Below, piece after piece: positions 62,019-64,000 of a stretch of 64,000 bases of DNA (within the stretch, counting starts at the first letter, position 1; every line of letters begins with the position of its first letter). The stretch spans positions 41,170,001-41,234,000 of the forward strand of contig NC_087245.1 of assembly GCF_037042905.1 (NCBI RefSeq). The letters are read 5' to 3'. The position numbers were made by a program, and so were the translations under genes. Origin of the DNA: Lytechinus pictus. Taxonomy: Eukaryota. The notes beneath the pieces were generated by a model. The model was given only the letters and a program-made list of their open reading frames with translations, ran no database searches and was not told the DNA's origin.

Positions 62019-62771
62019 GTAAGTCACGTTTATCAACTTTTCATAGTTATTATTATTATTATTTATTTATTTATTGTTTACTTAGGCCCCCACTCCACAG
62101 AAATCCTTCAAAGAACACTGAAAGACCCGAAATTCGCAAGGACTTTCCGCAGTCTCCAAACAGTGACATATACTGTCTCTTCTATGGAACGGCTCATGAA
62201 ACCTGTGAGAGACCATGGAAAGATCAAGAAAATTTCATGGTCCTCCAAGGTTATTTCAGCAGTATTGCTTTCTGTGATATGGGGGTTTAACAACTATGTG
62301 ATAAAGATTTTTTGTTTTAATTGATGTTTGAAGGAATATCCATATGCATCTTTTTCTGTTGTCACGTGATAATCATGTGATTATCATGTGATAATTGTGT
62401 GATGACTCGCGATGATATCATGTGATCATATCATGTAAAATATAAACAGCAGTATAACTTTAATGTGAGCTTTAAAGGTTTGCATGGTCGTAAGACTGGA
62501 TGGTAAATTTTGCGGTAATACCTTGATAGTCAGTCCTGAAATGGACTGTTTATCTTTCTGATAATAGCTCTTAAAAGAACGGTTATTCTCGACATTTTAG
62601 CACATAACCTTTGCTCTTCGTCCAACAGTCCTTTTCAGGACTAAGTTACATGGTGTAACTACAAACGCACCGTCCAACATAACTTCAGTTATTAAACTAA
62701 GATGAAATCTTGAAATAATAATGAATAATAGATTACCTATTAACCTATCTCCCCCCTGATTCTTATTGAAG

Positions 62772-62923
62772 ATACTTTGAGGAGTTTGTCGAAGCAGACT
62801 ATGCAAGGTCAGGAAACGTTGCGACGGAAACGGTGACGTTATTCGAGGGCCCCTTAGAAGACTTTCAACACTCTATGGAACCACAGCTCAGGCAATTACG
62901 TCTTCCAACAGTTCTCAAGAAAG
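62772..62923 (+). CDS. MRTO4: MRTO4 exon 5 (gene continues beyond the window)
   Basis: [54 protein letters not shown] acceptor, G|GTTGGT donor; no stop reached. Confidence 0.95.
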
Positions 62924-62947
62924 GTTGGTCCAGCAATGAATGCTACT

Positions 62948-63149
62948 GGGCAATTCCATAAAATGATAAACCTTTTGTACGTCCGACCCCCATATTTCTC
63001 AAGTCTTACTTCTTTTTATAAACTGACCAAGTCATGGTCCTTTGAGAACATTACAGACTGTCAAAAGAACAACAAAGCAGAGACAGAAAATTTCACGAAG
63101 GTCCCACACATAATAGGGGGTTGGACGTACATATTTTATGGGATTGCCC
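62948..63149. mobile_element. ~200 bp MITE
   Basis: gggcaattccataaaat..tgtacgtccgacccc / ggggttggacgtaca..attttatgggattgccc. Confidence 0.8.
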
Positions 63150-63460
63150 TACTTCTACTTTTTTAAATTGTATTTCGCTCTTTTGGCATATAGTTTTATG
63201 TTGTAGCTGAACTGGGGCAGTATACATGTACAAGTGCCTACAAGGTGGATATGTACACTATAAAATACCCTGGTTGTATCATTATTATTATTTTATTCCT
63301 TGAATCTCATTCTCATCCTCTCTTTCATTCCTTGGCATGAAATAGGCTGCCTGGTAATGCAATTCAGTTCTTGCTTTTGTCACTGCAGTGCAGTAACTGG
63401 GTAGGATGTGTTTTTCAAAGCTGTTTTGTATAAAGTTAAGCTCTACTTCATGCATGACCT

Positions 63461-63923
63461 CAAAGATACTACAAGGGGAAGTTCGGACAGTACATAGACC
63501 GCGTAATGAAACGCTCGGGAAGAGCGCCCCACAGCGTTGAGTAAGTAACGACCTCTTTTGACCTTTGCGTATCGCGAGATGGTTGTGTACAAAACATATG
63601 AGAGAAATGGTGAAGGGTTGAAGGAATAGACGATTTTTACATTTAAAAATTTTTTCATTCATTTTTTTTTCCTTAAATTTAAGATGAATATATTTCAGAG
63701 GTTTCTGGGTAATAAAAGGTGGTATTCTCATGCACCACCCTTGAGCCCTCTCCAAAGTCCCCTCTCATTTCCCCCATATGTTTTATATACAGCTGCGTGC
63801 CGATGTGCGACGGTTTACTTACTCAACGCTAGTGGGCGTCCTTCCCCATGAGCATTTATCGGGCGTTTGGGAGCATTTTAAGAAATCGCCGAAGTGTCCG
63901 ATCTTCCCCGTGTAGTATCTTTG
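63461..63923. mobile_element. Non-autonomous DNA transposon with CAAAG termini and 7-bp TSD (P-superfamily-like)
   Basis: ATGACCT|caaagatactaca-ggggaag ... cttcccc-gtgtagtatctttg|ATGACCT; related fragment at ~57995-58076. Confidence 0.85.
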
Positions 63924-64000
63924 ATGACCTGTAACCTGTACTTGGATGCCAATTCACTTTCTCAATCACTGCACTGAAGCTAATACCTCCTTCCCATTGT

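Overview
Eukaryotic, AT-rich, intron- and repeat-dense genomic DNA. The repeat families suggest a sea urchin or other echinoderm, but that is inference. Hand-spliced gene models: (1) a complete 5-exon FAM8A1 (RDD-domain ERAD factor) on + at 275-6411, 362 aa; (2) a convergent minus-strand gene for a 133-aa protein that is essentially one I-set Ig domain (coding exons 18684-18690, 15896-16012, 14376-14653), with probable 5'UTR exons out to ~30.4 kb; (3) the first five coding exons of MRTO4 on + (55834-62923), continuing beyond the window. Just upstream of MRTO4 is a ~13.7 kb inverted-repeat structure (41956-55644). Each arm is ~500 bp of unique DNA plus a 2.7-3.4 kb array of a ~70 bp satellite. 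The left array has captured a tRNA-derived SINE and amplified it as a 1.2 kb higher-order repeat. The loop holds what looks like a decayed LDLa-LRR-7TM (GRL101/LGR-like) GPCR pseudogene. The rest is many MITEs (several with identifiable TSDs), SINEs and microsatellites. Comparing repeat copies shows recurrent 2-4 nt insertions that create short palindromes. No prokaryotic-type systems, CRISPR arrays or intact transposases were seen.
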